Part shown: piece by piece, positions 9,990-19,799 of the stretch
Numbering within the stretch: position 1 is the first letter of the stretch
How the letters are laid out: each line of letters starts with the position of its first letter
DNA from: Bacillales bacterium UBA1361
GTDB taxonomy: Bacteria; Bacillota_I; Bacilli_A; RFN20; CAG-826
Assembly (NCBI GenBank): GCA_002306335.1
Contig: DBRT01000030.1
Span: forward strand, 13,759 to 77,758
Direction of reading: 5' to 3'
DNA: 64,000 nt
Position numbers and translations under genes: made by a program
The notes under the pieces: model-generated
Told to the model about the DNA's origin: nothing
What the model saw: the letters and a program-made list of their open reading frames with translations, nothing else
Database searches by the model: none

Positions 9990-10146
9990 TAAGATAATGC
10001 GTTGTAATTGACATGTACGCTTTTTAAGAATATCTAAGATTTTTCAATGTCTCATTAAAAAAACATTTATAATATTGTTTTGAATTTATAATATTAATAT
10101 TATAATCATAGTTGTATCTGGAAATAAATACCGATAGGAGACGAAT

Positions 10147-10656
10147 ATGTGCCAAAAAACATTTGAAGAAAAACTTGCGGAACTTGATGCTTGTATTGAA
10201 AAGCATCAAAAGAGTCCAGGGCCACTGATGCCCACATTACATGATGCTCAAGAAATATTTGGAGCAATTCCCTTAGAAATTCAAAAGCATATTAGTAAGA
10301 AATTAGGCGTGAGTGTCGCCCACATTAATGGTGTTGTGACATTTTACTCACGTTTTTCTTTAACCCCGAAAGGAAAATACATTATTTCAGTTTGTATGGG
10401 GACAGCGTGTTATGTTAAAGGCGCGCAAGCTATACTTGACGCTGTGCAAAGTGAATTAAAACTTAAACCAGGCGAAACTAGTGAAGACGGTTTATTTACG
10501 CTTGAAGCAACGCGCTGTATTGGTGCATGTGCGCTTGCCCCTGTTTATTCAATTAATGATGAAATTTATGGCGGTGGGACAAGTAAGAAAATTCTTGAAG
10601 ACTTACGAAAAATAATTAAAGCAGAGGAAGAAAAAAATGATCAAAACAAAGCGTGA
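10147..10656 (+). CDS. hydC: [FeFe] hydrogenase NuoE-like subunit (HydC/HndA, [2Fe-2S])
   Basis: 169 aa with the NuoE-family 24 kDa motif (CMGTACYVKG..CIGACALAP). Confidence 0.8.
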   Translation: MCQKTFEEKLAELDACIEKHQKSPGPLMPTLHDAQEIFGAIPLEIQKHISKKLGVSVAHINGVVTFYSRFSLTPKGKYIISVCMGTACYVKGAQAILDAVQSELKLKPGETSEDGLFTLEATRCIGACALAPVYSINDEIYGGGTSKKILEDLRKIIKAEEEKNDQNKA

Positions 10657-11002
10657 TTTAGAAGTAATTAAGAAAAGAATGCAACCAGATTTTCATTTAC
10701 GGAAAGAAGAACATAAATATCGGTTATTGTTCCGTTATAATGAAAAAACAGTAATTCAAAATATTGAAAAAATAATTGATCTCTGTTTAGCGGCTATTTA
10801 TCAAGATAAACTTGATGCAGTAGCAATTAAAGTTTATGATACACGCGTTGAAGATAAATTGATTTTAGTTGTTAAAGAGAAAAATCGTGCTGTTCGTTAC
10901 AACATTAAAAATGAAGCGATGGTTACTGAAATATTAAATAAACATATTGGTCAAGGTAAAGTCGTATATGAATACGTTGACGTGATGGATAAGGAGGCTT
11001 AA
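10637..11002 (+). CDS. small cysteine-poor hydrogenase-associated subunit (possibly HydD/HndB-like)
   Basis: 121 aa with a single Cys and no cluster motif. Overlaps the hydC end by 20 nt and ends 2 nt before hydB. The assignment is positional. Confidence 0.4.
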   Translation: MIKTKRDLEVIKKRMQPDFHLRKEEHKYRLLFRYNEKTVIQNIEKIIDLCLAAIYQDKLDAVAIKVYDTRVEDKLILVVKEKNRAVRYNIKNEAMVTEILNKHIGQGKVVYEYVDVMDKEA

Positions 11003-11004
11003 TT

Positions 11005-12798
11005 ATGCATAAACATTATGAAATTGTCCTTTGTGGTGGTTCTGGATGTGTTTCCTCAAAGAGTCAATTAATTAAACAAAAATTTGAAGAAATCCTTACC
11101 CGCGAAAACTTAAGCGATTTTGTAAAGGTTTATATGACAGGATGCTTTGGCATGTGTGAAAAAGGACCAGTTGTTGTCGTTTATCCTGATCAAACATTTT
11201 ACGCGAAAGTAAAAATTACTGATGTTGAAGAAATAGTGGAAAGCCATATTAAAAAAGGTTTAATTGTTGATCGAATTTGTCATCATGAATTTGATGAAAA
11301 ATTGCAAAAAATGGTGTATAAAAATTTACATGAAATGAAATTCCATAGTGCCCAAAAACGTTTAGCGCTCCGTAACTGTGGGGTAATTGATCCTGATGAA
11401 ATTGATGAATACATTGGGCGTGATGGCTATTTTGCCCTTGAAAAAGCTTTACGGATGGAGCCTAAAGAAATTATCCAATTAATTACTGATTCAGGCTTAA
11501 GAGGGCGCGGTGGGGGCGGGTTCCCCACGGGGTTAAAATGGCAACTTGCGGAACGGTTCCGTGGTGGACAAAGTTATGTTATTTGTAACGCTGACGAAGG
11601 TGACCCAGGTGCCTTTATGGATCGCTCAATTTTAGAAGGTGATAGTCACGCTGTGATTGAAGCAATGATTATTAATGGTTACGCTATTGGGGCAAATCAA
11701 GGATTTGTTTATATTCGCGCTGAATATCCTTTAGCGGTTAAACGGCTACAAAATGCGATTAATCAAGCTTATAAATACGGTTTATTAGGCAAAAATATCA
11801 TGAATAGCGGTTTTGATTTTGATTTAGAAATTAGACTTGGCGCTGGTGCTTTTGTCTGTGGTGAAGAAACGGCCCTTATTTCATCTATTGAAGGTAGACG
11901 CGGGATGCCGCGCAATAAACCGCCATTCCCTGCTGAACACGGGTTATGGGGAAAACCTACAATTATTAATAATGTGGAAACTTACGCTAATATTCCGCAA
12001 ATTATTTTAAATGGTCCAGAGTGGTTCCAAAAGATTGGCACTGAGCGTTCTAAAGGTACAAAAGTGTTTGCCTTAGGCGGTAAAATTAATATTACTGGGC
12101 TCATTGAAGTACCGATGGGCACAACATTACGCGAAGTTATTTATGATATCGGTGGCGGAATTCCTAATGGCAAGAAATTTAAGGCTGTCCAAACTGGCGG
12201 ACCAAGTGGTGGCTGTTTAACTGAAGAAGATTTAGATACACCAATTGATTACGATACATTAATCCAAAAAGGTTCAATGATGGGTTCCGGCGGTATTATC
12301 GTCATGGACGAAGATAACTGTATGGTTGACGTCGCTAAGTTTTATCTTGACTTTATTGTTGATGAAAGTTGTGGTAAGTGTACACCGTGTCGCGAAGGCA
12401 CAAGACGTCTTTATGAACTTTTAGAAAAAATTACTGAAGGTAAAGGTACACTCGAAACACTTGAAGAATTAAAACAACTTTGTTACGACGTTAAAGATAC
12501 TTCGCTTTGTGGTTTAGGTCAAACCGCGCCAAATCCGATTCTTAGTACGTTTAATAAGTTTTATGATGAATATGTTGAACACGTCGTTGATAAAAAATGT
12601 CGCGCTGGTGTATGTAAATCATTAACGACACTTTATATTACCGATAAATGTATCGGTTGTACGAAGTGTGTGCGCAATTGTCCAGTTAACTGTATCACTG
12701 GCGAATTACGGAAGTTACACCGGATTGACACAACAAAATGTATTAAATGTGGTGCGTGTATTCAAAATTGTCCAGTACACGCCATCATTCATGTATAG
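11005..12798 (+). CDS. hydB: [FeFe] hydrogenase NuoF-like flavoprotein subunit (HydB/HndC)
   Basis: 597 aa. N-terminal thioredoxin-like 2Fe-2S domain (CGGSGC..CFGMC). FMN site GRGGGGFPTGLKW, NADH site GAGAFVCGEETAL, a 4Fe-4S SCGKCTPCREG, and two C-terminal ferredoxin CxxCxxCxxxCP motifs. Confidence 0.85.
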   Translation: MHKHYEIVLCGGSGCVSSKSQLIKQKFEEILTRENLSDFVKVYMTGCFGMCEKGPVVVVYPDQTFYAKVKITDVEEIVESHIKKGLIVDRICHHEFDEKLQKMVYKNLHEMKFHSAQKRLALRNCGVIDPDEIDEYIGRDGYFALEKALRMEPKEIIQLITDSGLRGRGGGGFPTGLKWQLAERFRGGQSYVICNADEGDPGAFMDRSILEGDSHAVIEAMIINGYAIGANQGFVYIRAEYPLAVKRLQNAINQAYKYGLLGKNIMNSGFDFDLEIRLGAGAFVCGEETALISSIEGRRGMPRNKPPFPAEHGLWGKPTIINNVETYANIPQIILNGPEWFQKIGTERSKGTKVFALGGKINITGLIEVPMGTTLREVIYDIGGGIPNGKKFKAVQTGGPSGGCLTEEDLDTPIDYDTLIQKGSMMGSGGIIVMDEDNCMVDVAKFYLDFIVDESCGKCTPCREGTRRLYELLEKITEGKGTLETLEELKQLCYDVKDTSLCGLGQTAPNPILSTFNKFYDEYVEHVVDKKCRAGVCKSLTTLYITDKCIGCTKCVRNCPVNCITGELRKLHRIDTTKCIKCGACIQNCPVHAIIHV

Positions 12799-12809
12799 AG
12801 GTAATGATT

Positions 12810-14576
12810 ATGATTAAAAAAGTAAATATTACAATTGATAATAAAAAATTAGAAGTTGATAGTAATATCACTGTTTTACAAGCGGCTACTGATGCGGACA
12901 TTAATATTCCGCGCCTTTGTTTCCTTAAAGGTATCAGTGAAACTTCATCATGCCGGATTTGTGTTGTCGAAGACGTTGGTCGTAATCGGCTTGTTAACTC
13001 ATGTACTTATAAAGTATATGAAGGACTAAATATCTTAACAACTTCACCACGGGTTATTAAACAAATTAAAATTAACTTAGAACTAATTGCTGGTAACCAC
13101 CAATTTGATTGTTGGGCATGTTCACGGGAACACAACTGTGAATTACTTGAATTATTACGGCGCTTTAATATTGATAATCATTACAACATTAATAAAGAAA
13201 TTAAAAAACGTGAATGGATTGTTAATAAAAGCGAATCAATGGTGCTTGATAGTAGTAAATGTATTTTATGTGGGCGCTGTATTGATGCCTGTAATCATTA
13301 CACTGGATTAGGTATCCTTGGTTTTAATAACCGCGGATTTATGACAAGTGTTGGTCCTGCTGGTGGTGTGAATATTGGTGAGGCTGGTTGTATATATTGT
13401 GGTAAATGTATTCAAAGTTGTCCAACAGGAGCATTACGCGAAAAAGATGATGTTGATCGCGCTTTTGACTTACTTGATGAAGAAGGCGCTTATGTTGTTG
13501 CGCAAATTGCTCCAAGTGTTAGAGCAACATTAGGTGAAGAATTTGGTTACCCAATGGGTACTAATGTCGAAGGTAAAATTTACCACGCATTAGAAAAACT
13601 TGGGTTCCATGATGTAGTGGATGTTAACTTTGCCGCTGACTTAACAATTATGGAAGAAGGCACTGAATTAATTGGGCGTTTAAAAGCATTCCTTGACGGT
13701 GATAAAGATGTGAAGTTACCACTTTTTACAAGCTGTTCACCAGGCTGGATTCGTTATATTGAACGCTATGCTCCTGAATACTTAGGACATGTTTCTTCAT
13801 GTAAATCACCACAAGGCATGAGCGGAGCGATTATTAAAAATTATTATGCGCAAAAATTAGGGATAGAACGCGAAAAGATTAAAGTCGTGTCAATCATGCC
13901 GTGTATTGCTAAAAAATACGAAGCAAGTCGTCCAGAAATGGAAGTTGATGGTGTTCGTGATATTGATTTAGTACTCACAACTCGTGAATTAGCGCGTTTT
14001 ATTAAACGCCATGTCATTGATTTTGATATGTTAACAAATAAACAATTAACAAGCCCGCTTGCCTCTTACACTGGCGCTGGTGTTATTTTTGGCGTAACAG
14101 GTGGCGTTATGGAAGCAGCATTACGTACTGTTAAAGCATTACTTGAAAAAGAAGATGCTTATTTAATCGATATTCGTGAAGTACGCGGCTTTGAAAGTAT
14201 TAAAGAAGCAACCTTAACAATTGATGGTAAAGAACTTAACTTTGCGGTTGTGCACGGCGCTAAACATTTTAAAGAAGTGCTTGAACTAGTAAAAAGTGGT
14301 AAAAAGCAATATGCCTTTATCGAATTTATGGGGTGCCATGGCGGCTGTATCTTTGGTGGAGGTCAACCGATTACTAAAGCTAAAGACTTTGAAAAGATTG
14401 ATGTATTGAAAGAGCGCGCTAAAGCACTCTACCGCATCGACCAAAGTGGAAAAATCCGCCGTTCACATGAAAATCCACATGTCTTAAAATTATATGAAGA
14501 ATTTTTAGGCCATCCTGGCTCACATTTAGCGCATAAACTATTACATACAACATATAGTAAAAAGGATGTGTATTAA
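12810..14576 (+). CDS. hydA: [FeFe] hydrogenase catalytic subunit, M3 architecture
   Basis: N-terminal plant-type 2Fe-2S, a His-ligated 4Fe-4S (HQFDCWACSREHNC) and two ferredoxin motifs. H-cluster motifs are L2 MPCIAKKYE and L3 EFMGCHGGC. L1 reads TSCSPGW instead of TSCCPGW. ATG at 12810 follows GAGGT. Confidence 0.9.
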   Translation: MIKKVNITIDNKKLEVDSNITVLQAATDADINIPRLCFLKGISETSSCRICVVEDVGRNRLVNSCTYKVYEGLNILTTSPRVIKQIKINLELIAGNHQFDCWACSREHNCELLELLRRFNIDNHYNINKEIKKREWIVNKSESMVLDSSKCILCGRCIDACNHYTGLGILGFNNRGFMTSVGPAGGVNIGEAGCIYCGKCIQSCPTGALREKDDVDRAFDLLDEEGAYVVAQIAPSVRATLGEEFGYPMGTNVEGKIYHALEKLGFHDVVDVNFAADLTIMEEGTELIGRLKAFLDGDKDVKLPLFTSCSPGWIRYIERYAPEYLGHVSSCKSPQGMSGAIIKNYYAQKLGIEREKIKVVSIMPCIAKKYEASRPEMEVDGVRDIDLVLTTRELARFIKRHVIDFDMLTNKQLTSPLASYTGAGVIFGVTGGVMEAALRTVKALLEKEDAYLIDIREVRGFESIKEATLTIDGKELNFAVVHGAKHFKEVLELVKSGKKQYAFIEFMGCHGGCIFGGGQPITKAKDFEKIDVLKERAKALYRIDQSGKIRRSHENPHVLKLYEEFLGHPGSHLAHKLLHTTYSKKDVY

Positions 14577-15470
14577 ATGAAAAAGAAAATTGCGACTTTG
14601 TTATTAACTAGCTTACTTTTAGGTTGTCAAAAACAGACTGTTAAATTATCTTTATTAGTGCCTGCTGGCAGCCCGTTATTAACAGTTGCAGGTGTAACAA
14701 GTGAATTAGAAAAAGAAGTGACAGTTGGACCCGACTTAATTCCGGCAGCGTTTACTAAAGGTGAGAAAGATTTAATCGCTGCACCGATTATTATTGGCGC
14801 AAAGTTATTCAACGCTGGTAAATCGAACTATCAACTCGCCGCAATGCTCGGCTGGGGTAACTTACATATTTTAAGTCGGACACTAATTAATACTATTGAT
14901 GACTTAAGCGGGAAAAGTGGTTTAGCTTTTGCTGAACATTCAACACCAGGCATTATGTTTAAATTAGCGACAAGTGATGTTAGTAATATTAATGTAAATT
15001 ATGTTAAAGCAGTTAGTGATGTCGGCGGACCATTTATCCAAAAACAATATGATTATGTTTTAATTAGTGAACCAGTTTTAAGTAAGATTAGAAGTAATAT
15101 AAATGATGAAACATATACATTTTCCCTGCAAAACGTTGCTAAATTACCTAAAATAGCGCAGTTTGGATTATTTAGTAATCCCGCTACTAAAGCAAAAGAT
15201 GTAAATAAATTTTTAGTTAAACTTAAAAACAATGTTGAACAACTTAACACTGATCCAGAAAGTTATGTTGATAGTATTATTGACAGTGATGACTACTTTA
15301 AGGGACTCGGTCGAGATGTTTTAATTGATGCTATTCCCCGTTTAGATATTGAATACAAAAGTGCGCTTGAAGCAAAAGCAGATCTTACTCTCTTTTTTGA
15401 TTATTTAATTAGTGTTGACACTAACTTAATAGGAGCGACGAGTCTTGATGAAAGCTTCTTCCGTTCCTAA
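14577..15470 (+). CDS. lipoprotein, NitT/TauT-family ABC substrate-binding protein (NMT1/SsuA-like)
   Basis: Signal peptide and lipobox LLLGC. ATG overlaps the hydA stop (TAAATG). Confidence 0.55.
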   Translation: MKKKIATLLLTSLLLGCQKQTVKLSLLVPAGSPLLTVAGVTSELEKEVTVGPDLIPAAFTKGEKDLIAAPIIIGAKLFNAGKSNYQLAAMLGWGNLHILSRTLINTIDDLSGKSGLAFAEHSTPGIMFKLATSDVSNINVNYVKAVSDVGGPFIQKQYDYVLISEPVLSKIRSNINDETYTFSLQNVAKLPKIAQFGLFSNPATKAKDVNKFLVKLKNNVEQLNTDPESYVDSIIDSDDYFKGLGRDVLIDAIPRLDIEYKSALEAKADLTLFFDYLISVDTNLIGATSLDESFFRS

Positions 15471-16212
15471 GAAAAAACCAACAGCGCAAATTATTGCTAG
15501 CTCATTAGGCTTTTTGACAATCATTTTACTATGGATTATTATTAGTGCGCTGCACCAAAATGATATTATATTCCCCGGAATTATTAGTACTTTAAAAGTG
15601 TTTTTTTCTTTATTCCAAAGAGGGTCTACATATTTTATTTTACTAAACACTATTGGGGGATTAATTCTCGTTTTAGTTTTATCATTTTTAACGGCATTAA
15701 TTTTCAGTTTAATATCGTTAAAATTTCCAACTTTTAAAAGTTATATTACACCCTTTTTAGCACTATTTAAAATTATCCCTGTTCCAGCGCTTTTAATTGT
15801 GTTTTTAGTTAATTTTAAACAAAGCTTTATTCCGTTTTTACTAACATATATTGTGCTTTTACCACTTGTTTATGATGGATTATATGGGGCTTTTATTAGC
15901 ATTAATAAAGATTTGATTGATGAATTAAAAATTACTTCAAAACTTAATTTATTAATGATTTTTAAAATATACATTCCGATTGTAAGCAAACAAGTTATTT
16001 CGACTTTATTACAAGCCTTAGGGCTAGGACTTAAAGTAAAAGTTATGAGCGAATTTATCGCTGAAGCGCCTAATACGATTGGTTACGAACTCTCTTATGG
16101 ACGGGCAACTTTATCAATGGATATTGTATTTGCGTGGTCACTTATTTTAATCGTTATCGTTGTCATTTTAGATGCTGTATTAGTGAATTATTTAGGTAAA
16201 CAAGAAGCTTAA
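15445..16212 (+). CDS. ABC transporter permease (NitT/TauT family, SsuC/TauC-like)
   Basis: 255 aa with six TM helices. Overlaps the SBP gene. No cognate ATPase gene is adjacent. Confidence 0.55.
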   Translation: MMKASSVPKKKPTAQIIASSLGFLTIILLWIIISALHQNDIIFPGIISTLKVFFSLFQRGSTYFILLNTIGGLILVLVLSFLTALIFSLISLKFPTFKSYITPFLALFKIIPVPALLIVFLVNFKQSFIPFLLTYIVLLPLVYDGLYGAFISINKDLIDELKITSKLNLLMIFKIYIPIVSKQVISTLLQALGLGLKVKVMSEFIAEAPNTIGYELSYGRATLSMDIVFAWSLILIVIVVILDAVLVNYLGKQEA

Positions 16213-16297
16213 ATTTTTTAATGGATATTAAAAAAACACTGTTTTTCACATAATTTTTTCGCAATAATATATAATAAGACAAGTAGAGGGATTTATT

Positions 16298-17320
16298 ATG
16301 GAAGCATGGCAAATCATTTTAATCGTTATTGGAGCTTATTTTTTAGTTCTTTTTCTTTATTCACTATTAATTTATATTTTCACTAGTGTTCGTTCTAAAA
16401 TGAGATGTGATAAAAACCCGCTATTTACTTATTACACTTATGAAGATTATCAGGGACTTAAAGCGGAAACATTTAATTTTAAAAACTTCAAAGGCGATAA
16501 CTTAATGGCCAGAATGTATACACGGGACGGATTTAAAGACGATACTTATCTTGTATTTTTTCACGGGATTGGGGCAGGGCATGAAGCTTATACAACACTG
16601 ATTAATGATTTAGTGACCACATTAGAAATGCCACTTTTAACATTTGATTACACTGGTTGTGATTTTAGCGAAGGTAAAAGCATTGTTAGTGTGTATCAAC
16701 CGCTTGTTGACGCTCATGCTTTTTTAGCGCACTTACAAACAATGCCGCAATATAAAGGTAAAAAACTTGTCTTAATTGGTCACTCGTGGGGTGGGTTTGT
16801 TGCGGCAAATCTTTATCCATTTAATAAAGACAAAAATATTATTAAAGTTGTTAACCTTAATGGTGTCACAGATTTTGGGTTATACATCAAGCATTCAGCA
16901 AAAGCTCCATTTATCTTTGTGCCACTCTTTAAGTTATTTAATGCTTTTAGATATGGCAAGTTTGCGTTTGCCGCGACACGGAACAGTATTAAAAATACAC
17001 AAATCCCGCATTTAATTGTGCATGGTGAAAAAGATTCCGTTGTTGATTTTAATCTCTTTATCGGTAACTTAGTGTTACAAGAAGATAAACATAAAAACAT
17101 CAAATTCCACTTTGAAAGCGATAAAAATCACTCTGCGTACTTAACGACTGATGGCGAAAAAGCACTTGGTGAGGTGATGGGATATTTTCTTACATATAGT
17201 AAGCAAAAAAATAAAGACGAGACATTAAAACAAAAGATTGTTGATTTTGATTTTTCACGCGCAGTGGAAAATGATCCAAAAACACTTGAAGTTATTAGAC
17301 GCTTTGTAAAGGGGGACTAA
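16298..17320 (+). CDS. membrane-anchored alpha/beta hydrolase
   Basis: N-terminal TM helix and a nucleophile elbow GHSWGG. 340 aa. Confidence 0.6.
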   Translation: MEAWQIILIVIGAYFLVLFLYSLLIYIFTSVRSKMRCDKNPLFTYYTYEDYQGLKAETFNFKNFKGDNLMARMYTRDGFKDDTYLVFFHGIGAGHEAYTTLINDLVTTLEMPLLTFDYTGCDFSEGKSIVSVYQPLVDAHAFLAHLQTMPQYKGKKLVLIGHSWGGFVAANLYPFNKDKNIIKVVNLNGVTDFGLYIKHSAKAPFIFVPLFKLFNAFRYGKFAFAATRNSIKNTQIPHLIVHGEKDSVVDFNLFIGNLVLQEDKHKNIKFHFESDKNHSAYLTTDGEKALGEVMGYFLTYSKQKNKDETLKQKIVDFDFSRAVENDPKTLEVIRRFVKGD

Positions 17321-17322
17321 TT

Positions 17323-19728
17323 ATGGTTAATGAAGAATTAAAAACCTTGTTACACACCTTATCACTTACGACAAAATTAAAACTTTTAACGGGCGCTAAT
17401 TTTTGGGAAAGTGAAAAAGTTCTGGGCACTGATTTACCAATAATTGTAATGAATGACGGACCTTTTGGTGTACGAAAACCAACAGTTAATGTTGATTCTG
17501 GAATGCTCATGGAAGTAATTCCTGCAACGGCTTTTCCAACAACGAGTGCACTCGCTAGTTCTTTTGATCCTGAACTATTAGAGAAAATGGGGAAGACACT
17601 TGCTACTGAATGTATTGATCAAGGTGTTGACCTTTTGCTTGGTCCTGGTATTAACATTAAAAGAAGTCCGCTCTGTGGACGAAACTTTGAATATTTTAGT
17701 GAAGACCCATATTTAACTAGCGAAATGGCTAGCGGTCTAGTTCGTGGGCTACAAAGTAAGGGAGTTGGGGCTACACTAAAACATTATGCTGTTAATAATC
17801 AAGAAAAAGAACGCTATACGACTAACGCCATTGTTGATAAAAGAGCATTAAATGAAATATATTTAAGACCGTTCCACAATGTTATTAAAAACACTGAACC
17901 TTTTTCAGTTATGTGTTCATATAACCAAATCAATGGTCGACATGCGAGTCGCCATTATAAATTACTCACAGAAAAGTTACGCAACGAAGCAAACTTTAAA
18001 GGTCTTGTCGTTAGTGACTGGGGTGCAGTAGTGGATCATGTTGATAGTATTAATGCTGGTCTTAACTTAGAAATGCCTGGCGGTTATCAAAATACCGCTG
18101 AACTAGAAAAGGCGGTTAAAGACGGCGAAATTAAATTAGAAACAATTGATGAAATGATTACCCCGCTTTTAAAATTTATGATGTATAAGCGTGATAATCC
18201 TAAACCAAAAGTCAAATGCGATTATAAGAAAAACCTTGAAGTAGCGCAAGAAATTGCCGAAAAGAGTGCTGTTTTGCTGCGAAATGAAGATAATTTGTTA
18301 CCAATTAATAAAACGGCAAAAGTAGGATTAATTGGGAATTTTGCAATTAAGCCGCGTTATCAAGGCAGTGGTTCAAGTCAAATAAATCCGCATACTTTAG
18401 TAAGTGTTCATGATGCTTTTATACAAAATGATGTTAATTTTGTGTACGCTGATGGTTATGCAGAGCATGAAGTAAAACCAAATAAAAAGAAAATCGCCGA
18501 AGCAGTTAAGGTTGCGAAAAATAGTGATGTTGTTGTTTTATGTGTTGGTTTGCCTGAAAGTTATGAAGTGGAAGGCTATGACCGTAAAACATTAGACATG
18601 CCACCGAGCCATAATGAATTAATAAAAGAAGTTGCAAAAGTTAATGAAAATATTGTCATTGTCTTATCAACTGGTTCGCCAGTTACAATGCCGTGGATCA
18701 ATGATGTAAAAAGTATCTTACTTACCCACTTAGCGGGTAGTATGACGGGACCAGCGACATATAATTTACTGTTTGGTGTTACTAACCCCTCTGGTAAGTT
18801 AAGTGAAACTTATCCGTTAAGTTTAGATAAAGGATTACCTGGTGGAGAGTTTCTCACTAGTGATCAAAATGTTTTATATCGTGAATCACTTTATGTTGGC
18901 TATCGTTATTACGATACTTTTAGAGAACAGGTACTTTTCCCGTTTGGGCACGGGTTAAGTTATACGCAATTTAACACTAGCCATCATGAAATTGAAGAAG
19001 TAAAAGACGGTTATAACATCACGATGGAAGTGACGAATATCGGTCATATCCGCGGCGCAGAAGTTATTGGTATTTACACAGGAAAGAGCCGTAGTTTGCT
19101 CTACGGTCCTCGTAAAGAATTACGCGCTTTTAAGAAGGTGTATCTTGATCCAGGTGAAAAACAAAAGATCAATATATTCTTACCTACTGAGTCATTAAAA
19201 GCTTATTGTCCAGTAAAGCAAGAGTGGGTGCTTGAAAATGTAAATTACAATGTTTATGTCGGAATAAATGTACAAACCACTGATGAGATCTTCCAAATCT
19301 TAGTGGATGACGCTAATGATTTAAGCTATTTAAAAAATTATCAAAAAGAAAATGAAATGTATTATCGTCGCGCCGATTTTAATCCATCAATTAAAGATTT
19401 TACAACATTATTTGGTGGTGAATCTTTACCATTATTTTTCGCTAACAGGAAGCGTCCCTTCACACTTGCTAATAACATTAGTGATACGACTGATTACTGG
19501 TGGGGACGAACAATTTATAAGATTATGGCCAAGACTTCACGCAAACTAGCGGGTGATGATGTAGTACTCCAAGAGATGGCTGTTGAAACGATTAAAGAAT
19601 TACCGTTTAGAAGTCTTTCAGCCTTAAGTTCTGGAGAAGTAAGCACTAATCAACGAGACGCTATTTTACTATTAGTAAATGGCAAACCGATTCGTGGTAT
19701 TTTCAAGTTTTTACGAAAAAAGAAATAG
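17323..19728 (+). CDS. bglX: glycoside hydrolase family 3 beta-glucosidase (BglX-like), cytoplasmic
   Basis: 801 aa with GH3 motifs (KHYAVNNQE, catalytic VVSDWGAV). No signal peptide. Starts 2 nt after the hydrolase stop. Confidence 0.85.
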   Translation: MVNEELKTLLHTLSLTTKLKLLTGANFWESEKVLGTDLPIIVMNDGPFGVRKPTVNVDSGMLMEVIPATAFPTTSALASSFDPELLEKMGKTLATECIDQGVDLLLGPGINIKRSPLCGRNFEYFSEDPYLTSEMASGLVRGLQSKGVGATLKHYAVNNQEKERYTTNAIVDKRALNEIYLRPFHNVIKNTEPFSVMCSYNQINGRHASRHYKLLTEKLRNEANFKGLVVSDWGAVVDHVDSINAGLNLEMPGGYQNTAELEKAVKDGEIKLETIDEMITPLLKFMMYKRDNPKPKVKCDYKKNLEVAQEIAEKSAVLLRNEDNLLPINKTAKVGLIGNFAIKPRYQGSGSSQINPHTLVSVHDAFIQNDVNFVYADGYAEHEVKPNKKKIAEAVKVAKNSDVVVLCVGLPESYEVEGYDRKTLDMPPSHNELIKEVAKVNENIVIVLSTGSPVTMPWINDVKSILLTHLAGSMTGPATYNLLFGVTNPSGKLSETYPLSLDKGLPGGEFLTSDQNVLYRESLYVGYRYYDTFREQVLFPFGHGLSYTQFNTSHHEIEEVKDGYNITMEVTNIGHIRGAEVIGIYTGKSRSLLYGPRKELRAFKKVYLDPGEKQKINIFLPTESLKAYCPVKQEWVLENVNYNVYVGINVQTTDEIFQILVDDANDLSYLKNYQKENEMYYRRADFNPSIKDFTTLFGGESLPLFFANRKRPFTLANNISDTTDYWWGRTIYKIMAKTSRKLAGDDVVLQEMAVETIKELPFRSLSALSSGEVSTNQRDAILLLVNGKPIRGIFKFLRKKK

Positions 19729-19765
19729 AAACATGTATGAATATACCTTTCAAGTTGTCTTAACT

Positions 19766-19793
19766 AAGGACTTAAGTCCTTTCATGCTATAAT
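19766..19793 (+). promoter_or_regulatory. extended -10 promoter (TGcTATAAT) with overlapping 16-bp perfect palindrome, leaderless start
   Basis: AAGGACTTAAGTCCTT at 19766-19781, TGCTATAAT at 19785-19793, ATG at 19800 only 6 nt after the -10. Confidence 0.45.
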
Positions 19794-19799
19794 TTACCT

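Noticed and set aside
10024-10146. Looked for a Rex operator (TTGTGAAnnnnTTCACAA) upstream of the hydrogenase operon
   Set aside because: Only weak AT-rich direct repeats (TTTATAATATT, twice) were seen, with no convincing Rex box.
12747-12809. Longer HydA N-terminus from the ORF track (start at 12747)
   Set aside because: This start overlaps the hydB C-terminal ferredoxin domain. ATG at 12810 with the GAGGT RBS gives the conserved MIKKVNITID N-terminus.
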